Assembly: GCA_032718475.1 (NCBI GenBank)
Contig: JAUCBJ010007508.1
Coordinates: 1-32,399 of the forward strand
Length of the DNA stretch: 32,399 nucleotides
From: Nemertoderma westbladi
Lineage: Eukaryota; Animalia; Xenacoelomorpha
Reading direction: 5' to 3'
Below, piece by piece: positions 21,870 through 32,399 of the stretch. A program made the position numbers and the translations under genes. Every line of letters begins with the position of its first letter. Position 1 is the stretch's first letter. Under the pieces are notes generated by a model, which saw nothing but the letters and a program-made list of their open reading frames with translations, had not been told where the DNA came from and ran no database searches.

Positions 21870-23740
21870 AATTTCTTTAATCCGGTACCTGAAGATGGTT
21901 CCATATAACATAAATACGAACAAAAATAGCCCAATACAAAGTACAAATCACTATTTTATGATAATGATTAATATGCCAATTTACAGTTATTAATATACGA
22001 GAAGTAAATTTCAGATTGGGCTAAAATAGGGTTGCAAGAATTACCGATCCTATTAAACAGATTAGCAAGAGAAAACCTTTTGATGTGTAGTAATGAATTA
22101 ATGTTAAATTCACGAGCATTGAAGAAGCACTACAATCATAAGCAAAACCAAAGAGCTAACTGTATTGTTATAAGCTACACATATATAATGATATACAGTA
22201 CATGTTAGTACAATAAGTAAGTAACTGTTTTTTAATCGAATTACTGCAATTGTTGAAATAACGGATTAGCTGATTACATCTAGCATACATGGATCTACTG
22301 TAGTTTGATTGCGTATCTGTATCATCAAGGAATCATTGGATATATATATATAATGCCCCAAGTACTTATATTTGTCTACTTGTTCTAAGATCACAGCATT
22401 TAATAAGAGTTTAGAACTAGAAATAAAATCGCGTTCTCGGCTATGTAGAAATATACACTTTGACTTTTATGGATTAAATGTTAAATTATGTAATATAGCA
22501 TAATCACTGCAAATATTCAATAGATACTGAAGGGCACTAGGAGAAGTAGATATGATGCAAATATCGTCTGCATATATAAAATGATTAATACACGAGTAGT
22601 ACAATCGAGACCCAACACATGAATTAGTTAGTTCTATACTTAGGTTATTAGTATATATATATTGAATAAATACGGATTCAAAATACTCACTTGTTTTACA
22701 GCGTTTGAAATACCGAAAGGGTCAGACAAATAGCCATCCCAAAGCACACGGGATGTTTGATTAATATACAAAAAAATTTTTTGATCGCACGATATAGATT
22801 GGAATACCTTTATTTATCAATTTCTTGAATAATATAGAGTGTTCGACTGTATCGAACGCTTTAGAAGAGGCAAGGAAACCTAAGGAAATTAATATATTAG
22901 ATCCTTTTTTGAGATAATAATTATTCAGTTCTTTTATTGAATAAATACAGAGTTCGTAACCCATCTTAGACTTGTAACCAAATTGGTTATCTGTAGTATT
23001 TAAATGGTTTTTAATGCGATGTAAAATCACAATTTCTAGCAATATACCTACTATACTGCACAAAGCTATATATATTATTATACATTATATGTGTATATAT
23101 AATGTGTATAACGTGTAGCCTCGGGGGGCCATATAATGTGCTCAGCAAGCACCATGTCTGGACCATCTGACTTATTAACGGATAAATCATTCAATGCATT
23201 GACTAGTTCAGTCGGAGAAACGAGTAGATCTGTGGAAAATTGAGGTACAGTAGATTGCTTGTTGAAAAACCATCTGTATTTATGTGCCCATTCATAACAA
23301 ATAGAAGTAACTCCAACCTTGCCGTCCATATTTAGCGGAGCGTTCGTTGTCAATGATTTCATTTTTTTAACTTCTTTCCAGAACTTATCTGTGTTCCCCG
23401 AAAGAGAATGAGCGAAAGAATCAGAACGCTTTCTATCTTTGGCGCATCTGCACTGTCTAAGCGCCAGTTTAAATTGGGCTTTGGCCCGTAGGAGCTGAGA
23501 TTGTGGAGCCCCGACTTTAGGGCTACACAATTCTTTCCACAACAAGAACAGTTCCCTAGAATGCTCATACTATTCTTTCACCATACTGGTTCAGTCGGGA
23601 ATAAGGAAGTTCGGAGGAGTTGTCTGTTTCGTTTAGTTGCCTGGCAACAGTAGCCCATTCAGCTTGGTTTAGGGCGTCAACAATTTTATCATAGAACTTG
23701 TTGATATCTGATTTGTGTTTCGAACATTTAGTTTCACCAC
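21870..23740 (-). mobile_element. Degenerate 5'-truncated RTE-X-like LINE
   Basis: KAQFKLALRQC, DNQFGYK, SKAFDTVEH, YADDICII (~22570), KYLGHY (~22360), MYARCNQLIR, AYNN. Same motif series and a similar 3' end to the 26218-28161 element; many stops and frameshifts. Confidence 0.8.
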
Positions 23741-23824
23741 TGGCAGACGCCAGTGGTGTCTAAATAATTATATTGAATAATTAATAATTATTATATGTAA
23801 GTCTATTCTGCACCCTCCTGCTTT

Positions 23825-24060
23825 AGCTGGTATTCCAACTCATCCATCTCCCTATTCCACACGATCCCTATGGCCTTCTGTTACGATTCTACCCATTTGT
23901 CAGCCATGATTTGCTCTTTCGTGGTCAATGGTTTATCCAATTTCACTTCCAGTTGTTTGTCCCCGATGGCCTTCATGAATTCTTCTTAGTTCGACTGGAA
24001 CTTCGTCAGGTTAAATCCTGATTTCTTCAGGATGTCACGAACTTCGCGCCCTGTTTCAAT
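23825..24060 (-). pseudogene. BEL/Pao LTR retrotransposon pol fragment (end of RT)
   Basis: ILKKSGFNLTKFQSN*EEFMKAI...KAIGIVWNREMDEL matches the BEL GFxLxKWxSN...KxLGxxWxxxxD pattern. Confidence 0.7.
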
Positions 24061-24094
24061 GATTCAAATATCAAAATTTTCCGAACAAAACTCG

Positions 24095-24385
24095 AAAACT
24101 GGAAGCAGTGGAAGACGAGAAGCGACAAATCTACTTGGAAGCTGTTGAAATTCGTCATGGCGATTTCGCCCCCTTATTAGCTTCGTGTGATGGTGTCCTT
24201 GCACCACATGTCAACAAGCTGCTACGGACAACAGCCAGCAGATTGAGCGCAAACTGGTCAAAGCCGTAGGCCTACAGCATTACAATGGGCTGGGTGAGGC
24301 AGGGCATCCAGTTCGCTATCATTGCGAATCTGTACGTCGCATTGCCTCTGAAGATCACGAGTCAAGTGGCATTCTGGTCTTGGGT
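24095..24385 (+). pseudogene. C-terminal REL-endonuclease region of a CRE-like non-LTR element
   Basis: EDEKRQIYLEAVEIRHGDFAPLLASCDG...RLSANWSKP..YSITMGWVRQGIQFAII resembles the EKxxxY...FxPLVxSxDG...YSxxxxWVR pattern. Confidence 0.6.
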
Positions 24386-25242
24386 TGGAAGATGGTGCTG
24401 GCCTCCCAGGCATATAAAGGACATCATAATTACTGGTGCAAATAAACAGCAATTATTTCGACTATGTTATAATATGCTGACTGATATGGTATATTTTAGA
24501 TAAGACTAGTTTGTTTACATTTAGGTATACAGTATTTATTAGGAAATAATATAATAATATTGAAAATTATAATTTTGATTGGGAGGCTTATAATTTTCAA
24601 TACTTATTATAACCTTCATCTGTTAATATAATAATATAATAAATCGTCGGTGAGCGGGAAGAAGGGCATTCAGCCAAAAATCGAAAATTTTTTTTTTGCA
24701 ATTTAGATCCTGCTCAATTGGTCCATCTTTTGGCAAAAGGGCAGACAAAAAACTCCATTCAATAACAAGTTATCGGCTAAAACATGTAGTACAAAAGGGC
24801 ATCTAGTTTGAATGCCCTTCTTCGTTTTTTTCCGAAAGGATAAAAGGGCATTCATCTGAGTGTGAATGCCCTTCTTCGTTTGTTCCCAAATGACAAAAGG
24901 GCATTCACCCAATAAAAAAAGTTAACCAATTGTAAACATTTCTGTTTCTGTGGGAAATTTAAAACGTTAAACAGACCAGTTATTTTACCAGTTACAATTT
25001 TTATAATAGGCCTACTGTAAAATTGTATATTGTGTATTAAACATTGTATATTAAAGAATACTGCAGTGACAGCCGAGACATGCCGAGACATGCCGAGAAA
25101 GAAGAGCCGAGACATGCCGAGAAAGAAGATTAAAAGGTATAATTCTTCAGAGGCTAGAGAAATTATTCAGAAGTCAGATAGCGACGGTGAAACATTTTGG
25201 GATGGGCGTTGGTGGGAGAGCGATGATGATGAAGATGGGAGT

Positions 25243-25655
25243 CCAGATGGGGGCACCGAATCTCCACCGATCCCAACTCCAGCCGGGGGCACCGAATCTC
25301 CACCGATCCCAACTCCAGACGGGGGCACTGAATCTCCACAGATCCCAACTCCAGACGGGGGCACCGAATCTCCACCGATCCCAACTCCAGCCGGGGACAC
25401 CGAATCTCCACTGATCACAACTCCAGACGGGGGCACCGAATCTCCACCGATCCCAACTCCAGACGGGGGCACTGAATCTCCACCGATCCCAACTCCAGAC
25501 GGGGGCACCGAATCTCCACCGATCCCAACTCCAGATGGGGGCACCGAATCTCCACCGATCCCAACTCCAGGCGGGGGCACCGAATCTCCACCGATCCCAA
25601 CTCCAGACGGGGGCACCGAATCTCCACCGATCCCAACTCCAGACGGGGGCACCGA
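25243..25655 (+). repeat. 36-bp in-frame minisatellite, ~11.5 copies (PDGGTESPPIPT)
   Basis: Unit CCAGACGGGGGCACCGAATCTCCACCGATCCCAACT. Confidence 0.97.
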
Positions 25656-26217
25656 TGAAGACCATTCGGTGCCTGTGTCTAGTCAGCAGGTCTCTCCTTC
25701 TGTAGTTGGGCATCATATCAGAACCCCAAGGTCAGGGAATGCAAAAGGCATTGTAAAGAGATTGAAGCACCAAGGAGTGTCATATAAATCCAAATCAAAA
25801 AATTCACCTCTACCGAAGGATCATCGAGCCAGAAAAGTTCAACCTAATCCATGTCTGACAGGGAAGAGATGTGACAACAACTGCCTGAAAGTTTCTACTG
25901 AGGACCGTGAATTGATTCATTCAACGTACATGGAATTGAATGATTCTAATAGGAACCAATGGCTACTGAGTATGATGGAAATCGATACAGTTCTACAAAA
26001 TAATGCAGGCGGACCTAAGTTTCGTAGAGAGAACGTAACCTATTTCTTGCCAAAAGGTGATGATAAAGTTGAAGTGTGCAAGAGATTCTTCATCGCTACG
26101 TTGGATATCGGTGAAAAGAAAATCAGACATGTGCGGGAAACTCGGTTAGATCATCATGTTGCAAAACTAGACAATCGTGGTAAACATACGCCTTATAATA
26201 AAGCACTGCCAGAACGT

Positions 26218-28161
26218 CCTATCTTGGTCAGCCTTTACCCTGTGGCGCAACTGTGGGGCCCCTCGGCAGGGACCTATTTTTGATGAGTACGCATGTTGCA
26301 AAGCTCGCTTTAAACTTGCTCTGCGACAATGCAAGAAAAACGAATCTATTATTCGGAATGAAAAAATTGCTGAAGGTTTGATTTCTGACTCTTCAACCAA
26401 AGACTTTTGGTCTCAAATCCGTAGCCACAAGGACACTAAAACGCCCTTTCCTAATAAGGTAGGCGGTTGCTGTGGCTCTACTGATATTAGCAATATGTGG
26501 ATGAATCATTTCAAAGAGTTATATAACTGTGTGGCTGATGATACCGGCAGTGCATCAGTTGATAGCCGTTTAGGTGACATTTCTAAGTTTGGTTTCTCTT
26601 CGGTATCTTTTAAGGAAGTTGTTGATGCTATTAACAGCCTTCCTACTGGTAAGGCCACTGGCCCTGATGGACTGTCTGCTAAACATTTCTTATATGGCTT
26701 CGGCTATAATCTAGTATGTGCAATCTGCATTTTAGTTAATGCCGTATTCATTCACAGTTATTTGCCGTCAGCAATGATGGAGTCAACTCTTATACCATTA
26801 GTTAAGGACAGAACCGGTGACCTTACCAGTAAGGATAATTATCGGGGCATTGCCCTTTCGACTATATTCAGCAAGCTTGTTGAAAAGGTTATTTTGGTTC
26901 GATGCATAGAGTGTCTTGCCACCGCGAATAATCAATTCGGCTTAAACCAAAGTCAGGTACCGAAATGTGTCTGTACACATTAAAGGAGATTGTAAATTAT
27001 TATCTGGCCCACAACTCGTGTGTCTATGTCTGTATGCTCGATGCCTCCAAGGCATTCGACCGCGTTAACCATTATAACCTTTTCAACAAACTATTTAACC
27101 GTGGTGTACCTGTTTATATAGTTTGTCTGATTAAGTTCTGGTACCGTACTCAATTACTGCAGGTATGCTGGGACGGTGTGCTCTCTACCTCATTCCATGT
27201 AACCAATGGCACTGGACCGGGGAGAATTCTTTCTCCGATATTCTATAATATCTACGTCGATGACCTCAGTATTATCTTTAATGCAAGCGGGGTAGGCTGT
27301 ATGATTGGATCCACTAGAATAAACCATTTACTGTATGCAGACGATCTGTGTTTGTTGTCAAACTCAATTGTCGGCTTACAGAAATTGGTTAACATAGCGG
27401 TTAGTTATGCTAACAATAACTCCATTATTTTTAATGTGAAGAAAACTAAATGTGTGTACTTCATTCCGAAATCATTCTCTCTAACGAGTTGCACTAAAAT
27501 TACATTATATGGAGCATATATTCCTATAGTGGATTCTTTCAACTATCTCGGACATATTATTACGTCATCAACTGATGACGATTGTGACATCATTAATCAA
27601 ATGCATTCATTGTATGCTAGAGCGAATACCCTTGTTAGGAAGTTTGGCAATGCCTCCGTTGCTGTTAAGACTTCCTTATTTCGTGCATTTTGTACTCCTA
27701 TATATGGTAACAGTCTGTGGACCCGTTCAAATTATTCTCAACGTGTATACGATAAAATACAAGTTGCGTATAATAATTGCGCTCGTATTTTATTTAATAT
27801 CTCTAGCCTTACTGGCGATGAACCGACCAGTATCTCACTCTCATTCGGCACATTAAATCTGACAATGCTGTGTCATATTCACAGCAGATCTGTACACAGC
27901 CTTTTTAAACGGGTCAGTGAATCTCAGAATGATTTGGTGCGAACCATTTACTCTGCTTGCAGACCATTCTCACGGTTTTTCGTTTCGTGAAACCGTCACT
28001 TTTAAGACTTATTATTATTTTTTAGTATTTTCATATTAATGTGTATATTTTGTGCTGTACGTAGGCCTACTGCATACTGTAATGTAGTAGGTATTTGTTA
28101 TGTTGTTCTGTAGTTATGTGCCTCCTGGTGCGGAATAAAGAGTAAATAAATAAATAAATAA
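26218..28161 (+). mobile_element. 5'-truncated RTE-X-like LINE with TSD
   Basis: TSD AGAACGT at 26211-26217 and 28162-28168; (TAAA)n tail; RT motifs NYRGIAL, LDASKAFDRVNH, LYADDL, YLGHII; frameshift near 26940-26965. Confidence 0.92.
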
Positions 28162-31100
28162 AGAACGTATTACTCCTGCCAGAAATTACATAGAGAGCTT
28201 AGCCAGCCTTGCCATCACACTATTGCCGGAAGTCGACCAAGAAGAAGTACTTTCTAAAGGAGGTGACAAATAAGTCCACATTGTACCGAATGTACCAAGA
28301 AGATTGTGGGTCTTCAATAACAGTACCAGTAGCTAAGAGGCAGTTTCTAGAAGTTCTAGACGAATATAACGTGGGTTTTCATGTTCCCAAAAAGGATAAG
28401 TGTATCCTTTGTTTCAGAAATGAGCGAGGTGAAGTGGTAGATGGAATTTCAGACCACCTTTACGAAAAGCAGGCAATGCATGAACAAGTTGCGATCGACC
28501 TAGACAACAGTAAAAAACTAGCCTCTGGTATAGAGTTAATGACGTTTGACCTGCAGAAAGTCTTGTCTACTCCAATGGGTGACAATATGTTGCTTGGCTA
28601 TTCGCGCAAATTGGCAGTCTACAATCTGACATCATTTCTAAGTTCTAATAAAGCTGGGTACTGCTATATTTGGAATGAAACGATAGCTAAGCGTGGATCA
28701 ATCGAAATAGCCGAGTAAGCGAACTCCTTCGACTTGATGATATGGGAGTTCAGAATATCATTGCTCATTGTGATTCATGTGGTGGCCAGAACCGGAATCG
28801 TATGATAATCGCAGCTGTGCTAACCGTCATGTACATAGCCAAACAAGTGACAAGTACCATCATCAAGATTTTAATCCCTGGCCATACCTATCTTCAAGCA
28901 GATAGTATCCATGCCACTATAGAAAGGGCTTATAGTAAGCAGATTGTCTATGCTCCATCTGAATGGCCTGGTTTGTGGTGCGTGCTAGGCAATGCCCATG
29001 TCCCTATGAGGTGGTTAAAGTCACTAAAGACCACGTTCTGGATTGGAAGAAAAGTAGTCTCCTCTACCCTCTTCTACATTGCGACACGGACAAACCGAAA
29101 CCTAAGAAGATTCCGTGGGCAAATATTCGCGCACTTAAGTATGAGAAGGGTATAGATGGACACATAGCTGTGTCATTCACTACGACATTTTGCAACAATG
29201 CGACATGGAAAACTATTAAATCAAGAAAGAATGAGAGGGCTAATCCACCTATTCCACCGAAAGCATATTCAAAGCAATTGCCCATATCTGCTGTGAAGAA
29301 GAAAGATCTCATGGATCTTTGCAGTAACGGGTTTATACCGCAAATCTTCCATAACGATTATGAAGCCATAACAACCAGCATGGATGTTCCTGATGAACTG
29401 GATGAGACGGATGTGGAGGATGTGACTGACGATTGAAAGCTGAATATACAAACTAACTTGTGTTTATATTGGTTGTTACGTTAATAATTGGAGTGGGTAT
29501 AGAATCTAAGAGTATAGAAGCTAAGTTGTGTGTGTTAGTTATACTAATATACCTTAGTGTTATATTAATAGAAACGGTTATATTTTGGATAAACTAAACA
29601 ACCTTAGAAAAATCAGCTTGCCTAATTTATATACATTTCAGTGACCCCAAAAGGCATGTTACCAAATAAGAATAAAAATGAACTAAATAAGATAATTAAA
29701 TTAATAACCATATTGGAAGAGATACGCCTATTCCTACTATGCGAAAAGACGGTAACAATACCTGCAATATCCTACTGTAAAGTTTGTAAATCAAATCATA
29801 AATCCGACCTTCTCACCAAAACAGTAAACTCTAAGTAAGCGAATATATTGCAGTATCGATCTCTTATAACCGGTGAGGCAGAAAACAGTCTACGAGCAGA
29901 CAAACTTCGATAAAACAAATGACTCACTGACGGACTAAGGGGCTCGTATACTTTGCCGCGGTGTGATTTATATGGTTGGGCAAAGGGACGCTAGCTAGGT
30001 ACACAGGCAGATATTTGGAGATGTCTAACTAGCGGGCAAAGCACAGTACGGACAAAGTTAATTTTATATATTTCGAGGTGTAAATAATTTCTAACGCGCG
30101 TGTGTTAATTCTGAACGGTCAAAACAGTTTTGCTCCTTCACATATATAATTACTGGGTACGGTGTGCATTTACGAATATTCTAATTTTGTAACTTGTAGA
30201 TCCAATACTCACGAATGATAAGGTTCCTTCCCCTCTTGCGTATTTCCAGGACTCAAATTCAGGCATAAGGTTAATACTACGCCCAGAATTCGGTAATTTT
30301 AGGTACCAGGTCCCTGATACTAAGAAGAGATGTGTTAGTTTACTACTGTAGGCGTACGGGTACTAATAGCTATCCTGGCTCCTATCTAGAATTTTAGTCA
30401 CCCAGGTAGTCCGGGTAACTTCCTATTAGGGCGTTGGCGGGGACACGGTAGATGTTAGTATCCCTAATAGCCTCAATTTATTTGCGCCTAGTGTAAACTG
30501 CCCTACCGCCTGAACGGTACAATCCCAATTCAGGTGAAAACACAGCAACCCCCCTAGCCTACAAGTTCTAATGCAATGGACACTGTCGTACTGCAAATAG
30601 TCGCACACACACCTGTACTTAGCAAGAGTTAAGCGTACAGTTTGCTGCACCCTAACCAATGTGTATGCCTTGTACCGGTGTGCCTACGTCCTATCTGCGT
30701 ACTAGTATCTCTGCTCTCTCTCCCTCCCCCCGTAGGAATGTGAAGGTCTACTGTGGGTTTTCCTGAATCAAGACAGTACAGTCCCTATGATGTAATTTTG
30801 GGCTTACAGCGTGTCACTACGTCTACCTTTTGATCTTTTGGTCTTGTACTTAGGTAGCAAGGATCGAACGCTGTCTAACCTTTCAGGCGATGGGCGAATA
30901 ACTCTAAATGGTATTGCGGGTTGTCTCTCGTCTACATTCCCGTGATGTTCCCGTTCATTGCTGCGGCCCGATCTCTAGCCGGCCATCCTGTCCCTGAATT
31001 TGTTCACCGTAGTGAAACCATAGTAAAACAGATAGAAAAGGGCTGAGATGTGACTAGTATTTCTGACTTTTATTACAAAAGATATAATAACTATTATACA

Positions 31101-31269
31101 ATAAACAATGTAATCTGAAATAAGACAGAAAGGATTGAGAGTGAATGATAGATTGAGATTGATTGATTGTGTAAGATTGATAACTAATGAACAAAATCGC
31201 ACCTTTATATACCAAATTTGTGCCGCAATCAATCGAGAAAATTCTCGATTGTTCTATGGGTTCTAACAA

Positions 31270-31345
31270 GGTTTTAAAGATAGCTATTGGTCCAGCTAAT
31301 ATATAACTTGCACGACATTGGTTACAATCAAATAACTACAGTCTC
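31270..31345 (-). pseudogene. Possible Penelope-type GIY-YIG remnant
   Basis: Minus strand reads DCNQCRASYI, resembling CxxCxxxYIG; short and frameshifted. Confidence 0.3.
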
Positions 31346-31420
31346 ATTGGTACAGACAAATGCAATTAATTTGTAGCGGTTAATTTAAATGAGTTGAAAT
31401 TCTGCACAAAAAATAATTCG

Positions 31421-31495
31421 CACTTACTAGGATTCGAACTCGATACCTACTACACATATAATTTCCAACGCTCTACCAACTGAGCTACTGAACCA
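31421..31495 (-). mobile_element. tRNA-derived head (SINE or tRNA pseudogene)
   Basis: A box TAGCTCAGTTGGTAGAGC and B box GAGTTCGAATC; acceptor and anticodon stems do not pair well. Confidence 0.65.
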
Positions 31496-31844
31496 CTTGA
31501 CCGATAGATGCACAAATGATAGAACCAATACGAATGAGAACTCAAAGCAATCTTTACAAAGTTAATCCGAATAAAATAAAATTTTGAAAATCCACGGCAT
31601 TTAGGGAATATAATTCTATACCGCTCCATGAAAACAGGATATTATCGTGCATAAAATATACGGTTTTCACCAATAATCAATCAAACTATAAAATACTTAG
31701 GGCGTACTTACATATTTACAATTAAGTTTCAAACAATACTTCCTTTCTACGTAATGATTCGATACAAAATTAATTACAAATTCAAACTTTACGTATTTAA
31801 GGCTTTACTAAGTAAGTACAATATAAATCTAAATTAAATTCACC

Positions 31845-32399
31845 AATATAAATCTATTGCATCTCAGATATTGCATAAATTCAAACAATTACAAATACAA
31901 ATAAATGAAAACAATAAGAAAGGCTCGCGAGTCTTCCATCTACTATTGCATCCCAAATATTGCATAAATTCAAGTAATTACAAATACTTTCGTACCTAAA
32001 TGTAGATTGCATAAGTTTGGAATAATTACAAATATGAGTCTTTCTGAGCACAAAACTTTCTGACTATAAAACTTTCTAAATACAAAATAACACTTTACAA
32101 ATGAAACTATAAGAAAGGCCCACGAGTCTTCCGTCTACTCTTACTTTCTATTTCACTGTAAATACAAATACTACTTATAAAATATAAATTGCATAATATT
32201 CGGAACAATATAAATTGCATAAGTTCGGAATAATATAAATTGCATAAGTTCGAAATAATCACGTAAATATAAAATATAAATTCTTACTAAATATAAATCT
32301 TACTAAATATAAGTCTTTACTTAAATATAAATATAAACTGCATAAGTTTAGAATAATATAAACCTTTGCATCTCAAATATGAAACATAAATCTTTCAAA
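31845..32399. repeat. AT-rich degenerate tandem repeat region
   Basis: Recurrent ATAAATTGCATAAGTTCGGAATAAT units; a ~42 bp block AAATGAAA..ATAAGAAAGGC.C.CGAGTCTTCC.TCTACT at ~31903 and ~32099. Confidence 0.75.

Larger units (their letters stand above)
24645..29436 (+). mobile_element. Sola (Sola1-like) DNA transposon, right terminus not seen
   Basis: AAAT|CGTCGGTGAGCGGGAAGAAGGGCATTCA start (AWWT-type site), clustered AAGGGCATTCA/TGAATGCCCTT subterminal motifs at 24662-24907, then a transposase with Sola-type motifs. Confidence 0.7.
25090..29436 (+). pseudogene. DDD transposase pseudogene split by a LINE (25090-26217 plus 28169-29436)
   Basis: VCKRFFIATLDI, DNRGKH, SHYCRK, FHVPKKDKCILC, TFDLQK, CYIWNE, CDSCGGQNRN, GHTYLQADSIH. 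Frameshifts near 28201, 28718 and 28970. Confidence 0.88.

Noticed and set aside
25030-26283. 417-aa ORF as an intact gene, and 26177..26983 as a true start
   Set aside because: Both cross the LINE junction at 26217/26218 and are chimeric.
31421-31495. Functional tRNA gene
   Set aside because: Only the A/B boxes are retained; acceptor and anticodon stems do not form.

Overview
AT-rich eukaryotic (probably invertebrate animal) DNA made up mostly of transposable elements. The one plausible host gene is a spliced, secreted bulb-type (GNA-like) lectin at 20959-21846. Bases 1-1561 are duplicated, apparently identically, at 8927-10487. The most unusual object is a pol-less LTR-like element (1568-5250). 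It has a truncated 5' LTR, a leader complementary to its own R region, a 219-aa ORF overlapped by a -1 frame ORF encoding a Cys-repeat/basic/transmembrane peptide, a PPT, and a ~1.9 kb 3' LTR with hairpin minisatellites. Other elements: four non-autonomous piggyBac-like copies (one apparently chimeric); a fragmented L2/CR1-like LINE; two RTE-X-like LINEs, one nested with a TSD in a Sola-like transposase pseudogene; small BEL/Pao, CRE-like and possible Penelope fragments; and a tRNA-derived head. All family assignments come from motifs read by eye; no searches were run.
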